Position numbers and translations under genes: made by a program
Shown here: in pieces, positions 24,961 to 39,555 of the stretch
Position numbering within the stretch: the stretch's first letter is position 1
Layout: every line of letters starts with the position of its first letter
DNA from: Stegostoma tigrinum
Taxonomy: Eukaryota
Assembly: GCF_030684315.1 (NCBI RefSeq)
Contig: NC_081397.1
Span: forward strand, 11,866,421-11,930,420
Direction of reading: 5' to 3'
Length of the DNA: 64,000 nucleotides
The notes under the pieces: model-generated
Databases searched by the model: none
Seen by the model: only the letters and a program-made list of their open reading frames with translations
Told to the model about the DNA's origin: nothing

Positions 24961-26150
24961 GGGCAGTGTAATGGGTGTTGACTACATGGATTTTAGTGAG
25001 TCATTTGACTTAGTACCACATGGCAGACTAATCAAAAATAGAAAAGCACATGGGATACAGAGCAATGTGTTTAAATTGGAACCAAAGTTGGCTTAGCAAC
25101 AGGAATCAAATGGTAATGGTCAATGACTGCCCTTATGAATGGAAAGCTGTTTCAAGTGGTGTTCCACACAGCTTGCTATTGGAATCTCTGTTTGTTTTAT
25201 TCATTAACAATTGGACTTGAGCATGAGGGACACAATTTGGAAATTTGCAGACAACACAAAAAATAACCATGTTTTGGGTAGTGTAGAGGATAGCGATCAA
25301 CTCTGAAATGATATCAGTGGTTTTGTGGCGTGGGCAGGTAAGTGGCACATGGAGTTCAACGTTGATAAGTGTGAGGTAATGCATTTCTGGAGGTGAAACA
25401 ATAAATAGGAAGACAAGAGGTGGCGGGGCAGTGGTGTGGCGGATGAAGCAAGTCATCTTGGTGTGCAAGTGCACTGGAATATGAAGGTAGCAGTACAGAT
25501 AGATAAGGTTGTTAAAAAGGTGTATATAATGCTGTCCTACTTTGGCAGAGGTTTGGAACACAAAAGTAGGGCGATAATGATGAAACTGCAGAAGACCCTG
25601 GTGAAGCTGGAACTGGGGTATTGTGTGCTGTTCTGGACATCATATTACAGGAAGGATGTTATTGCTGGGGAGAGAGTGTGGAGAAGTTTTACAAGAACGT
25701 TGCCAGGGTTGGAGAGCTGCAGCTACGAGGTGTGATTGGAGAGGTTGGAGTTGTATTCCTTGGAACAGCATTAACTGAGCAGTGCCATGATTGAGGCGTA
25801 TGAAATTGGGAAGGGGAGCGAGAGACAGTAAATAGGAGGAACATGTTTCCCTTGGTAGGGAATTTAAAAAAAAACATTGGTCATAGATTAAAGTGAAGTG
25901 ACAGAAGGATTAGAGGTGATGGGAGGAAAATCATTTTTACAAGAAGGTGTGTATCTCCAATACCATGCCTGAGTTGGTGGTGGAGGCAGAGACTCTAAAC
26001 TCTTTTAAGAGCATACCTGAACCTCCCCCGTAAGTTCTGTAAGCTGCAGGGCTATGGGATGTGTGCAGGAAAATGGGATGAAGATGGCTATCTGGTGTTG
26101 TTTGGATCAGCATGGACATGATGACCCAAATGGATGCCTTCTGTGCTGGA
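24950..26150 (+). mobile_element. Decayed CR1 ORF2 3' fragment
   Basis: MDFS, GVP and FAD-like remnants; LVKLELGYCVLFW in ORF 25436..25735. Confidence 0.8.
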
Positions 26151-26536
26151 TCGTTTGAGTTGGTCTGTAGATCAGCATCATTCTGTCCTTGTCAGTCTCT
26201 GCTGTGTAATACACAAATAATTTACCAAATTTGACAATGACACTCTCACATTCATCAAGTAGTAAATTGACATGAATAGATCAATAACTAAACGCGTATC
26301 CACAGACAGGTTTGTACTTTTTGGACCTCACTCAAATGGTCTTGAAGTCTTTAAAAATGATCAGACAAGAAGTATCTCAGGACAAGTCTGGAATCAGACC
26401 CATAGTTCTGCTCGAATCCCTGGTGTTAAGTAAAATATCCAAATGACTATTAGCAAAATGTTGTATTGATCGGTTAAGTATTGTCAAATCCAACTGATGT
26501 TGGTTTACAGGAGCTATCTTTTCTGTCTTCCTACAG

Positions 26537-26617
26537 ACAAACACTGGAAGGACCAGGACAATGTAACATTGCTTCAGATCAAAGCCAGTGTGACCAGCTC
26601 ATCCTAATAAACAGCAG
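26537..26617 (+). pseudogene. Frameshifted paralogue of exon 2 (copy A2)
   Basis: CTACAG acceptor and CAG/GTATGT donor; 81 nt, a 1-nt deletion relative to the 82-nt copies. Confidence 0.5.
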
Positions 26618-26893
26618 GTATGTTCCCACTGTCAGAGCAGAGAACATCCTTTCCACAGTCACAGAGCAGATTGAGTCAGTCACACACTGAGCTTAATTTC
26701 CAACAGATATATTCAAACCAACAGTAAAATGCAATTTTATTTTTCTTTTCTCTCCATTCAAAATGCCCAGTTCCGACAAGTTTCATTATTCACAGCCCAT
26801 TGACATTTACACCATTTTTGTACAAAGTATACTCTCAGAAATTGAAGGAAATCCACATAACATTACTCTAATAACATCTATCATGTTATGAAT

Positions 26894-27102
26894 GTAGCGA
26901 GTTTTGAGAAGATTTATAGGTCAGTTTGAGGTTCTGGATGTGAGTTTGCTCGCTGAGCTGGAAGGAAACCTAAACAGATAAACAGAAAGTGGGACATAAC
27001 ACCAGCGCTTCGTCGGAGGCTCACTGATGATGTTACCTAGACTGGTGACGAAACGTGTGAAAACTAACCTTCCAGCTCAGCGAGCAAACTCACATCCAGA
27101 AC
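26894..27102. mobile_element. Second Penelope family mini-element with 35-bp inverted repeats and hammerhead motif
   Basis: TSD GTTATGAAT; perfect inverted repeat 26931-26965 / 27068-27102; CTGATGA-TGTTACC...GGTGAC-GAAAC at 27024-27054. Confidence 0.8.
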
Positions 27103-27199
27103 GTTATGAATCACACGTCAACCCATAAAATAATTGATTGCTGACCATTAAGCCACTTTTAGAAGTAGAAAGCAACAAGTATGGATTGATACCTAACCC

Positions 27200-30100
27200 T
27201 TCAGATTCATATTTACTGAAACAGACCAAAAAAGATTGATAATGAAACTCACATGTTGAGTTTGCATAAACTGACAGGTAAAGATTGATGAAAATATTCC
27301 CACAGTCAGAACTGGCATGCACACATTAATAACCACGCTCATATTCACACAGCAAACTGACAGAAATTGAATGATAACTACACTGTCATATCCACATTAT
27401 CAGAAACTGGCAGGGATATATTGATGATAACACTCACAATTACACCGAGCATAAAGTGATAGGTACAGATTTATAACTGCACTCACATATCCACAGATTT
27501 AAAAAATACTGACAGGCACAGCTTGATAATTGTACTCAAATACTCACAAAGTAGATTTTCATAGGTACATATTGATAGGTTTACTTGCAAATTGACAGAG
27601 AAGAAACTTATAGAGACAGGTTGCTGTACATGCACATTTCCATATCGAAGAAATTGATAGGAATAGATTGAAAATAACCTTGGAGAGAGCAAGAATTGCA
27701 GAAGCTGGAGCCAGCCTTCCCAGTTTTACATGGCATAAACTGCCAGGTACATTTTGATAACTACTATGATATTCACAGAAAAGAACCTGGCTGGTCCTTA
27801 TTGATAACTGTACTCACACGGTCACCAAGTAGAAACTGACAGAGATTGATAACAGTAACATTCAAAATTGCAGAAACTGACAGATACAAATTGACAATTG
27901 CCGTCACATTTGCATTGCAGTTACTGTCAGGGTCAGATTCATAACTATGCTTTTGCTGACTTGCTTGCCAAGCTTGTAAGTTTCTTCACAAATGTTTTGT
28001 CATCATCCTACGTGACATCATCAGTGAAGCAGTGGTGTTCTGTCCTACTTACTGTTTATGTGCCTCGGTTTGCTGGGGTGGGTGGCATCTCTTCTGGATT
28101 AGTATCTTAGTATATGACATCCTGCTTGACATGTTTATTAATGGAGTTTCAGTTTGAGTGCCAGCCTCCAGGAATTCTGGTGAGTGCCTTTGGTTGGCTT
28201 GTCCTAGGATGGCTACGTTGTCCCATTCAAATTGGTGTCACTCTTTGCCCATGTGTATTGAGATGAATGATAGTTGGCCATGTCCCTTGGTAGCTGGATG
28301 GTGATTATGAATGCTGATGTCTAGTTTGCAACAGGTTTACCCTATGTAATGTTTATGGCGATCCTTTCATAGTCTTGTAAATAACTTATAACATCTTATA
28401 AATATTGTATCTTGTAAATAATATTGGTTCTGTCGGTCGTGGTTGGTGGATCCTTTATTCTCATCAGTAGCTGTTGGTTTGTGGGGGCAATCATGATTCC
28501 TACTGGGCGGTGTAATCTAGTGATCATTTCTGGCATGCCGTTAATGTATGGCAGGGTCACTAGTATCTCGACGTGTTGTGTCTTTCTGTTGTCATCTGTT
28601 TTGTAGTTATTGGAAATGACACTTGGGATGATTGCTGTTGTAGTTGAGTACCTGATCTGTATGAATTACAAACCTTAATAACTATGCTTTCAGACTCTCA
28701 GAACTGAAACTGACAGATACAGATTGATAACGAAACATTCCTGTTGCAAAGCAGTGTCATGGATAGACTGATAATTTCAGAAACACGTTCAGAGTAGAAA
28801 CTGACAGGAAGAGAATGGTATCTATACTCAGGTACCTACTTACCAGAAACTGACAGGAACAGGTTGATGATCACACTCCTAGTTTCTTATAGCGTAAACT
28901 GACAGGTATAGATTTATGACGACACTCAAGTATTCACAGAGCAGAATCTCATTGTTACATGTTGAAAACTGCACTCACAAATTCATCTCACAGAAACTGA
29001 CATGTACAGATTGATAATTAAACTGTCATATTGACATAGCAGAAACAGAGAATGAACTCACACATTCACACAGCAGGAAGTGAATAGTATGGATTGATAA
29101 CGGCATTTTCACATTCATATTGCAGAAACTGAGAGGCATCAATGAATAACAACACTCTCATAGTCAAGTCTGACAAACTGACGGGGACAGGGTGATCACT
29201 ACACTGTCTCGTTGCAGTGCATTAACTGACGGTACAGGATGATGATGGACTCATACATTCACATAACAGAGACAGACAGATAACTGCATTCATTCACTTA
29301 ACACAAACTGTGTGGACGATGTTGACAACTGCGCTCTCAGATTCACAGACCAGAAACTAACAGATACAAATTAAAACTGCACTCATACATTCACTAATCA
29401 GAAACTGAAAGGTCCAGGGAGATATTTACACTCGCATATTCACACAGCAAATACTGTCATGAGCAGACTGATCATAACACTCTGTCTCCCACAGCATAAC
29501 CTGACAGGCTCACTTTGATGACTACACACATTCACTGAGCAGAAAACACCAGGGATGAATTGATAACTAAACTTTCAGATGGACATTGCAGAGACTGACT
29601 GACCTAGAAGGATAACGACACTCACCTTCTCGCAGCAGAAAATGTCAGGAACAGGTTGATAACTATGGTCACATATTGATATTACATTGTCTTTCAGGTT
29701 ACACTTAGGTTGACATGTATAGAACTTGACAGAGACAGACAGATAACTACACTCCCTTATTCACATTGTACATACTGACCAGATCAGCCTGACAATTACA
29801 CTTTCATCCTTGCATATTGGAAAGTTGTCAGTTATAGATTGATAATTGTGCTCAAATAGTCACCTGGCAGACACTAACATCACATTGATAGCTAAAGTGA
29901 AATGTTGTAATAGCAGAAACAAGAGAGACTGAAAATGACATTCACAGTCACAGAGCTTAAAACAAATATTGACACACCAGAAGGTGACAGGTACAGATTG
30001 ACATCCAAACTCTCATATTCAGATACCAGAAAATGGCAGGTACAAATTGATACCCATACCCACACTCCCATATGCACAGAGAAACTGAGAGGGAAAGACT

Positions 30101-30350
30101 GATAAAAGCAATCAGACATTCACATAGCAGAGCCTGGCAGCAACAGAATGATAAATAACTCTTGCATTCTTATAACAGAAACAGTCATGGATTGACTGAA
30201 AATTTATTCATCGAGCATAACCTGACAGGTACAGAGTGATAACTGCTGCCAAACATTCAGAGCGCAGACAAAAATGTACAGATTGATAACTAACCTCACA
30301 TTTTCATATGACAGGAAACTGAAGGGGACATATGAGTGAATACACTCATG
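27200..30350 (+). repeat. 49-bp tandem repeat array (interrupted at ~27940-28670)
   Basis: Dozens of AGAAACTGACAG...GATTGATAAC units. Confidence 0.85.
27940..28670 (-). mobile_element. Decayed Penelope-like fragment (GIY-YIG region and 3' end)
   Basis: Minus strand resembles 54190-54400 and the element at 61100-61460; REFLEAWHS-like terminus. Confidence 0.6.
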
Positions 30351-33130
30351 AGGAATACATTGGGTTTAAGCTATCAGACTCAGGTGAATCTCTAGATAGC
30401 TCCAAAAAGTGTAAGAGAACACTTGAGAGGGAAATCAGAAGGTCAAAAAGAGGGTATGAGATGGATCTGGCAGATTAGGGTAAAGATAATCCCAAGAGGT
30501 TCTACAGCTATATTAAGAGTAAAAGGGTGGCTCAGGAGAGAAAATGTCCCTTTAAAGGTCAACATGGTGATCTATGTGTGGAGCCACAGCAGATCGCGGT
30601 GCCAGGGGAGGGGATTTTTAATGAATATTTCATCTCCGTGTTTACTAAGGAGAGAACCGTGGATGCTAAGGAAATAAGAGAAACAAGTGGAGATATTTTT
30701 AGACTGCATACATATTACCAGAGAGGAGGTGTTTGCAGCCTTAGATCACATTGAGGTGGATGAATTCCCGAGGCCTGATCAAGTCTGTCCTTGGATGATG
30801 TGGGAGGCTAGGAAAGAAATTGCAGAGACCGTGCAGAGATTTCTGCTTCATTTTTAGCCACTGGTGAAGTTCTGGAAGACTGGAGGGTGGGTAATGTTGT
30901 TCCATTGTTTAGGAAAGGTAGCAAAGACAAGCCAGGGAACTACAGGCCAGTGAGCCTGATGTCAGTGAGAGGTAAGCTATCGGAGAGGATAGTGAGGGAC
31001 AGAATCAACCAACTTTGGATCGTCAATGTCTGATTAGGGATAGCCTGCAAGGATTTGCGAGTTGGAAGTCATGTCTGACAAATGTTTGAGTTTTTTAAAG
31101 AGGTAACCATTTGGATAGATAAGCGTCGGGAGTGGATGTTGTCTGTGTGGACTTTAGTAAGACCTTTGACAAAGTCCTGCATGGCTAGACAGTGAGGAGG
31201 TTTAGTTGCATGGCTCACAGGAGGAGTTAGCTAAATGGATTCAAAATGTACTTGATGGTAGGGAGCTGAGGGTGATGGTTGAAGGTTGTTTCTTGGACTG
31301 GAGGCCTGTGACTAATGGTGTGCCGCAACGGTTGGTGCTGTGACCTTAGTTATGTGTCATTTATATAAATGATCCGGATGTGAATGTACAAGTTAAGATT
31401 GGTAAGTTTGCCAATGAACAATATTAGAAGGTATTGTTGATAGCAAGGAAGTTTGTCAAAAATAACAGAGGGATCTTGATCAGATGGGTAAGTGGGCTGA
31501 GGATTGGAAAATGCAATTCAATTCAGATAAGTGTGAGGTTTTGCACTTTGGAAAGTCAAACCAAGGTAGGACTTGCACAGTAAGTGTTCCGGTCCTGAGG
31601 AGTGTTGTGGAACAGAGGCATCTGGGAATACAAGTACATGGTTCATTGAAAGTGATGTCAGAAGTGGGCAGGGTAGTGAAGAAAGCATTCAGCATGCTGT
31701 CCTTCATTGGGTGGAACATTGAGTACAAGAGTTGGGACGTACGTTACAGTTGTAGAAGTTGCTGGTAAGGCCACATTTGGAGGATCATGTACAGTTTGGT
31801 CATCCTGTTATAGGAAAGTCATTGTTAAACTGGAAAGTGTGCAAAAAAGATTTACGAGGATGTTGCCAGGGCAAGGAAGCCTCAGTTATAGGGAGTGATT
31901 AGCCAGGAGAGTACTTTATTCCTTGGAACATAGGAGAATGAGGTATGACCTTATTGATGTGTGTTACATCATCAGAGGACAGTTAGGATGAATGCATACA
32001 GTGTATTTTTTCTGCAAGAATAGGGAATTGAAAACTAGAGGGCAAAGGTATAAGAAGGACATGAGAGAGTGGTGCATATGTGGAATAGGTGATCAGAGAA
32101 AGTGGTTGAGGCAGGTACAATAGGAACATTGAAAAAAACATTTGAATAGCAAGGGTTTAGAGGGACATGGACCAAATTCAGGCAATTGGAACTAGCTGAA
32201 TCGGCACTGTGGTCAACATGAACCAGTTTGACCTAAAGTGCCTTTCTCCATGCTGTATGACTGTATGACCTCAGACAACAATGGGACCTTTGATCGAAGA
32301 ACCACTGGGCTGGGGATTGTCAGATGGAGTTAAATCTTGATAAGCATGAGGTGCTACATTTTGTCAGGGAAGATCAGGGCAGGACTGGCAGGCTCCAGGT
32401 AAGCTCCAGGGAAGCCAAACCAAAGGGTCTTTGAGTGCAGGTTCATAGCTCCTTACAGTAGAATTACAGATAGACAGGTCAGCAAAGAAGGCATTTCATA
32501 CACTTGCCTTTATTGGTCAGTGCATTGAATGTATGGTTTGGGAGGTCATGTTGCTGCTGTACAGAACATTGGTTCGGCTACTTTTGAGAAACTGCATTTG
32601 GGTCTTGTGTCCCCTTAAAATGGGGAAGGGTTTTTTTAAAACTCGAAAGGGTTCAGAAAATGTTTAAAAGATTGTTGCCATGGCCGGAGACTTGGCCTTT
32701 CGGGAAAGACTGAATAGACAGGGCTTACTGGGGCTTGTTTTCCATGGAGTGTTGGACGCTGAGTGGAGACCTTGCAGAAGATTATAAAATTATGAGGGGC
32801 ATGGATAGGGTGAATAATCAAGTTCTTTTGCCCAGAGTAGAGGAATCCCTAACTAGAGGGCATGGGTTTCAGGTGAGAGGTGAGAAAAATAACCTAAGGT
32901 GGGCAACATTTGCTCGCAGTGGGTAGTGCATAATTGGACTGAACTGCCAAAGGAAGTGGTGGAGGATGGGACAATTACAACGTTTAAAAGGCTTCTGGAT
33001 GGTTTCAGGATGAGGAAGGGTTTAGAGCGATATCGGCCAAATGCTGGTAAATGGGACTAGATTAATTTACGAAATCTGATTTTTAAGGCCGAGGTGGACC
33101 CAAGAGTGCTATCCATCTCTATGACAGTAT
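30345..33130 (+). mobile_element. Two tandem decayed CR1 ORF2 3' fragments
   Basis: GDLCVEP, NEYFISVFT, NYRPVSL and KCEVLHFG remnants with stops and frameshifts; tails at ~32260 and ~33125. Confidence 0.85.
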
Positions 33131-33524
33131 GACAGGAACAGATTGTGAGAGAGTGATAATCATTCACACTGCATAAACAGACAGGGACGGATAGATAACT
33201 GCACTCGCATTTTCACATAGGAAAGACTGACAGATATTGGACAAAACTATCCTTCAATAAACCTGAATCTCTCAATGACACAAGTGTCCTGCGGAACTCA
33301 GAGAGAGATGAAACAAAATAATATGTTATGCACAAAAGACTGTCATGAGCAGAATAAAACACACTGCCACATTTAAAATCTCACAGATACTGTGTTCCAG
33401 ATATAATTAAATGACAATAACCAGTTGATTTTCGAGTGAGTTAGGAGTTAGATCCGTGTTCAAAATTTGGTTTGTGTCTCGCATTTCGTTGCAGATCCTG
33501 ACAGATTCACATTGTGTCCCAAAC

Positions 33525-33640
33525 TAACCAATCACAGAGAGGCTGCTGTCATGCTTGACATTCTTTTAAACTACCCAATCATGAATAAGACTTTCCTCCA
33601 TCCCTCATTAGCATTGCTGACGCGATCAGGCTATAAAAAG
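33525..33640 (+). promoter_or_regulatory. H2B promoter (two CCAAT boxes, octamer-like ATTAGCAT, CRE half-site, TATA)
   Basis: CCAAT at ~33528 and ~33575, ATTAGCAT at ~33607, TGACG, TATAAAA at 33632. Confidence 0.7.
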
Positions 33641-33691
33641 CGAGCTCCGAGCCTGTTTTCGCTTATTTTGTGTCTGAAAGTGACTGTTAGT

Positions 33692-34072
33692 ATGGCGGAT
33701 GAGAAGAAAGCGCAGCAACCTTCCAAGAAGGGCGCCAAGAAAATCATCAAGAAGGCGCCGGGGAAAGCCGGCAAGAAAAGGAAACGATCCAGGAAAGAAA
33801 GTTACTCTATCTACATCTACAAAGTGCTGAAGCAGGTTCACCCCGACACCGGCATCTCCTCCAAGGCGATGAGCATCATGAACTCGTTCGTCAACGATAT
33901 TTTCGAGCGTATCGCGGGGGAGGCTTCCCGCCTGGCCCATTACAACAAGCGCAGGACCATCAGCTCCCGGGAGATCCAGACCGCGGTGCGGCTGCTGCTG
34001 CCCGGGGAGCTGGCCAAGCACGCCGTGTCGGAGGGTACAAAGGCGGTGACCAAGTACACCAGCTCCAAGTGA
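33692..34072 (+). CDS. H2B: Replication-dependent histone H2B
   Basis: MADEKK...[27 protein letters not shown]...TKYTSSK; 126 aa. Confidence 0.98.
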   Translation: MADEKKAQQPSKKGAKKIIKKAPGKAGKKRKRSRKESYSIYIYKVLKQVHPDTGISSKAMSIMNSFVNDIFERIAGEASRLAHYNKRRTISSREIQTAVRLLLPGELAKHAVSEGTKAVTKYTSSK

Positions 34073-34112
34073 GACCCCACATTGTGTAGAGAAAACACAT
34101 CCAAAACCCAAC

Positions 34113-34128
34113 GGCTCTTTTAAGAGCC
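34113..34128 (+). terminator. Histone 3' stem-loop (H2B)
   Basis: GGCTCTTTTAAGAGCC then ACCCA. Confidence 0.95.
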
Positions 34129-36117
34129 ACCCACAACTTCTCTGAAACGGCTGAACCACGTTAAGTTTGCGAAATATTTTCGGTTTGTATTATTAACGTC
34201 CCTAGGCTTTACGTGTGTTGTACAAGTTTATGGGTGGACCCTGATCTGCCCTTTAGTTTCAGTTGCGGCCATACCCTGTCTCGTTTCCCCGTATCTGCAA
34301 CGAGCATAATTATCGCCAGTGAGTCATATTTTAGCAACTTCCGTTTCATTCGCGTTCCTCTTTAACACTTGATCACCCCGAAACAAAATTAACTTCTAAT
34401 CCCATGAATAGAGTTTACAATCTACTGTTTTTTTTCTTTTAATAATATAAAACAAGAACAACTGCCGAATTGCGATTGTGCCTGAAGTCTGATGAAGAGC
34501 AATAGGGGGAGGGCAACTTCAAGCTGTTGTTTAAAGTTTGAACGCGTTCATCCGAAAGGACGTTGTGCAAGGTTTAATCAATATTCGGTGTGCACTTGAA
34601 AAATTGAAATTAAAAAGTTGCAGAATGCCGTGCTTTTGTAGTTGTTTTCCTGGTTCCTAACTTCAGAAAATTCTCATCAAGTGCAGAAATGGACAGATGC
34701 GATGAAGAAACAGTGTGTCAAGTATTCATTTGCAACGTCAATGTAATTAAGCTTATAAACGAAAATTTTAATTATTCATTCCTCCTCCTCTTGTACACTG
34801 GAGGGTTTTTCAAACTAATCGCGGTGGGTTCTGAACCCCGAAATCCAACTGTGGCAACCAAAATGAAATGACCTCGTATTTGAGTTCGACGAATAGAAAT
34901 ATCTTGCGATTTCAGTTTAATTTCAATTCTAAATTTCTACGCGGGATTTGTGATTTTCTTTTCTCAAAATGCAGTACGTGGGGCTTTCTGCTTTCGCTTG
35001 GAGGCTTTCAAAATGAACCGAGATCAAACGGAAACCTGATCTATCACAATCAATAAGGGCCACTTTACGAAATTGGCTGAAGACTGTGCTGCCCGTTAAT
35101 GCGCTCAGCCGGATGAACGTTGCCTGATGCCTTATCAATATGTTGGGGAGCGTTTAAAACGTGAAATACAAAAACAGAAGCGGACGTTGGCGCTTTGTTT
35201 TATTTTGTTTCTGCCTGTTCGGAAAACTCCACTCAAATCAGAAATGGGTGGATTCAATTAGGTCAGGGAGTGAGAAAGAGAGATGGAGTGAAGCATCCAT
35301 TTGTAATCTAAAAGGCAATTAAATCGTAAGCATTAATGCACTATTCTGTGAAAAACGTCTTCCTCGTCTTGTCCAGATTGGCGGGCTTTTCAAATTCTGA
35401 AAGAAGACGGTTGATGATTTGGCGCCGGTCTTTTACAACAGTTTACACACTGAGGATTTTTTTTTCAGATCTCCCCGCGTGTTCTCTCCGGTTTTGCGGA
35501 AAACTCGATATGAGGCTTTCTGCTGTCGGCGGGAGAATTTCGACCTGAAATGAAACTAGAACATTTGCATCGCAAACGTAGAACTATTGTTGAAGTGCAG
35601 TCGAGAGCAATAGGGAGGGCGATTTTAAAAATATTATCCAAAGCACTAATACGCGCACACGGAATAAATGAGTAGAATTCGATCAAAAAAGCCCGGTGCT
35701 GATGTAAAATAGTATCTACGCAGGGAATGGATTTCGTGCGTTTTTTTTTTCTTTCTGTTTATTTGTAAAGTTCGAGGAAACAATCCTTTCAAGATCACAA
35801 ATACAGATGGAAGGAGGCTAGGGAATGACTGAAATTGTGTGAATCATGTCGGTATATTCTAAAAGTAAACTACTTCAAATAAATAAGCATTATTCTTTGT
35901 TTGCCTTCTTACTGTTTGGTATATATTGGCGGGCTTTTCGAGTTTGAAAGAAAGCGGTTGATGCTTTGGCGCCGGGATTTTCCGGCCTCCTCCCCGGGCC
36001 CCCTCCGGATTGGTGAGTGAAGCAGATATCTGATTGGGCATTGAAACGACATTAGGAGATACTGAACAATGTGACCAATCAGCAATGGCCGCACCCCCAT
36101 TCCTCCCGAAGGTATAA

Positions 36118-36570
<453 letters not shown>

Positions 36571-36600
36571 AGAGACCGTTCTGTAACCTGACAACCCAAA

Positions 36601-36616
36601 GGCTCTTTTCAGAGCC
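36601..36616 (+). terminator. Histone 3' stem-loop (H2A copy B)
   Basis: GGCTCTTTTCAGAGCC, with GTGAAAAGCAGCT downstream. Confidence 0.95.
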
Positions 36617-36959
36617 ACTCCCAACATCAGTGAAAAGCAGCTAGACTGTCACTGCTGGCTAACTAATTTTGATTTTATGTGCAAACCGGGGCCTCCAAAT
36701 ACGCAAAAATAGTCCGTTTTGTTTTCGCTTTAACAGTGATAAAACTAGAACGGGACGAATCAAGTTGGAGGTTTCGCTGTCGGGACAGCGACTTTAAATA
36801 GTGACTCAAAAAAGTATCCCCATCCATCCGGTGGCAGGGAACAAGAGACATGGAATAGCTCGGTGCCAGAAAGAGGCCATTCGAGACAGAACCGACCAGC
36901 CTCAGAGGATCGAATACACTAGTGGGAGATTTGGGCAAAACTACAAAAATCATTTGTAT

Positions 36960-37205
36960 CAGAGATAATGGGAACTGCAGATGCTGGAGATTCCAAGCTA
37001 ATAAAATGTGAGGCTGGATGAACACAGCAGGCCAAGCAGCATCTCAGGAGCACAAAAGCTGACGTTTCGGGCCTAGACCCTTCATCAGAGAGGGGGATGG
37101 GGTGAGGGTTCTGGAATAAATAGGGAGAGAGGGGGAGGCGGACCGAAGATGGAGAGAAAAGAAGATAGGTGGAGAGGGTGTAAGTGGGGCGGTAGGGAGG
37201 GGATG
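36960..37205 (-). mobile_element. Penelope-derived insertion with intact hammerhead motif
   Basis: TSD TCATTTGTAT (36950-36959, 37206-37215); empty site visible in unit A at ~1425; ribozyme core at 37059-37088. Confidence 0.85.
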
Positions 37206-37560
37206 TCATTTGTATGTTGTGGTGGGGTTTGAATTTGGCGAGTGTTACCCACCATCCTCCTCCGCCAAGTTCAGTTAGAGCTGGGGAAACGCCACGGGAA
37301 GCAATTCGCACACAGGCGGTTCAAATGGAAATGTATAAGTTATAAAATATGGAGTGCAGTACTTGAATGTGTTGTGATTACTGAAAATTTATAAACCTGA
37401 TTGTCCCGAGTTGCATCGTCTGTAGTATGAATTCGTGCATCTCACAGACCTATTCAGTTTCTGCAACTCCCGTTGCATTGAGACATCAATAGCACGCTCT
37501 GCGTTTACATTAACTGAAGTCCAGTGCCTGACGATTGCTGCTCTCTCGGGACAGTTTAGT

Positions 37561-38058
<498 letters not shown>

Positions 38059-38560
38059 TTATCAATGCTGAACTTGATGCGGCGCTGCCTATTTAAGAGG
38101 ATGGAGAGCCCGCCCTAGAGCTGGGATTTGTTCGAGTCCCGTCCCTCAAATCCCCGAGAAACAGCCACTGAAGGACAGAAAAGTCAGTAAAATAATTATT
38201 GTAGGCTGGATTGGTTAACTTCAAATGACAGTTGGTCAATTTCAAATCGCCCGCCGATTTCAGCCTGACCTTACAAAATATTAAAAAGTCCCATGCGCCT
38301 GCGCCTAAGATTATATCTTATGCTTCACAAAATTTTCTTGTGAACCTAATTTGCAGTCAGCGCGGAGAGGGCTCTGAATCATTTCCTGACCATCTCTAAC
38401 AGGCAGGTGGAATGAACACGCCACTAAAACCTCGGCACGGCTACCAGAATCAAAACTGAACAAATTATCATTCCTGGGAGCGTCATTAAAAGTCGCTGCA
38501 CCAGCCCTATGTGCTGGTTCCCCATCCTCAGGTCTCCGCTCTCAGGCGGAGTGTTTGGGT

Positions 38561-38576
38561 GGCTCTGAAAAGAGCC
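38561..38576 (-). terminator. Histone 3' stem-loop (H4)
   Basis: Reverse complement GGCTCTTTTCAGAGCC then ACCCA. Confidence 0.95.
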
Positions 38577-38606
38577 TTTGGGTTCGCTGGAAAAGGGACG
38601 ATTTGC

Positions 38607-38927
<321 letters not shown>

Positions 38928-38969
38928 TCACTCCAATCGCTGCCGACTGAGAGCCGAGCTGCCTCACCT

Positions 38970-39005
38970 TCCTTTTTTATACTGCCTGCCCCGACCTGAC
39001 TGAGA
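38970..39005 (-). promoter_or_regulatory. H4 promoter: TATA and site II-like element
   Basis: Minus strand TCAGTCAGGTCGG...TATAAAAA, resembling the vertebrate H4 subtype element (TCAATCTGGTCCG-like). Confidence 0.5.
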
Positions 39006-39555
39006 AACAGCTGACAGAAAGTGAGAGGCTGGCAGAAAACTGAGTGACAAACAGAGAAATGTCCAGCTCCGCCTCCAGCTTACTGCCGCCCCCAACTGGA
39101 TCTGGAACTAAACCTTTTCTCCACAAGGGCAGTGAACACAAGGCCCGGCAGAAAACCTGCAGACCCAAACTTGTGTTCAAAGATAATAAAACCTGGATAT
39201 TTTAAAAGCAAGATGACAAAGTGTGAAGCTGGATGAACACAGCAGGCCAAGCAGCATCTCAGGAGCACAAAAGCTGATATCACTGATACAATTTTAAAAG
39301 CAGTTGTGAAACAATCAAAAGCCCATGTCCTGGCCTTCCTTTCAGAAGACAGCATGTCAGCTTCCATTTCACAGATAGCAGGAACTGCAGATGCTGTAGA
39401 ATCCGACAGTCAGTTTCCATTGCTCCCGGTGAATCAGACAAAATCATTTCTTGGGGACTGTGTTGTGAAGCGGGGTTTCTGCGCCAGTGTTACTGACTCC
39501 CTGAATATGTGAAATAGAAATGGACAGGAACTGAAACTGACATTTCCACAGCCAT

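Noticed and set aside
33467-33691. N-terminal extensions of H2B, H2A, H3 and H4 in the ORF track
   Set aside because: They start at non-ATG codons or upstream of/at the TATA region; canonical ATGs lie downstream.
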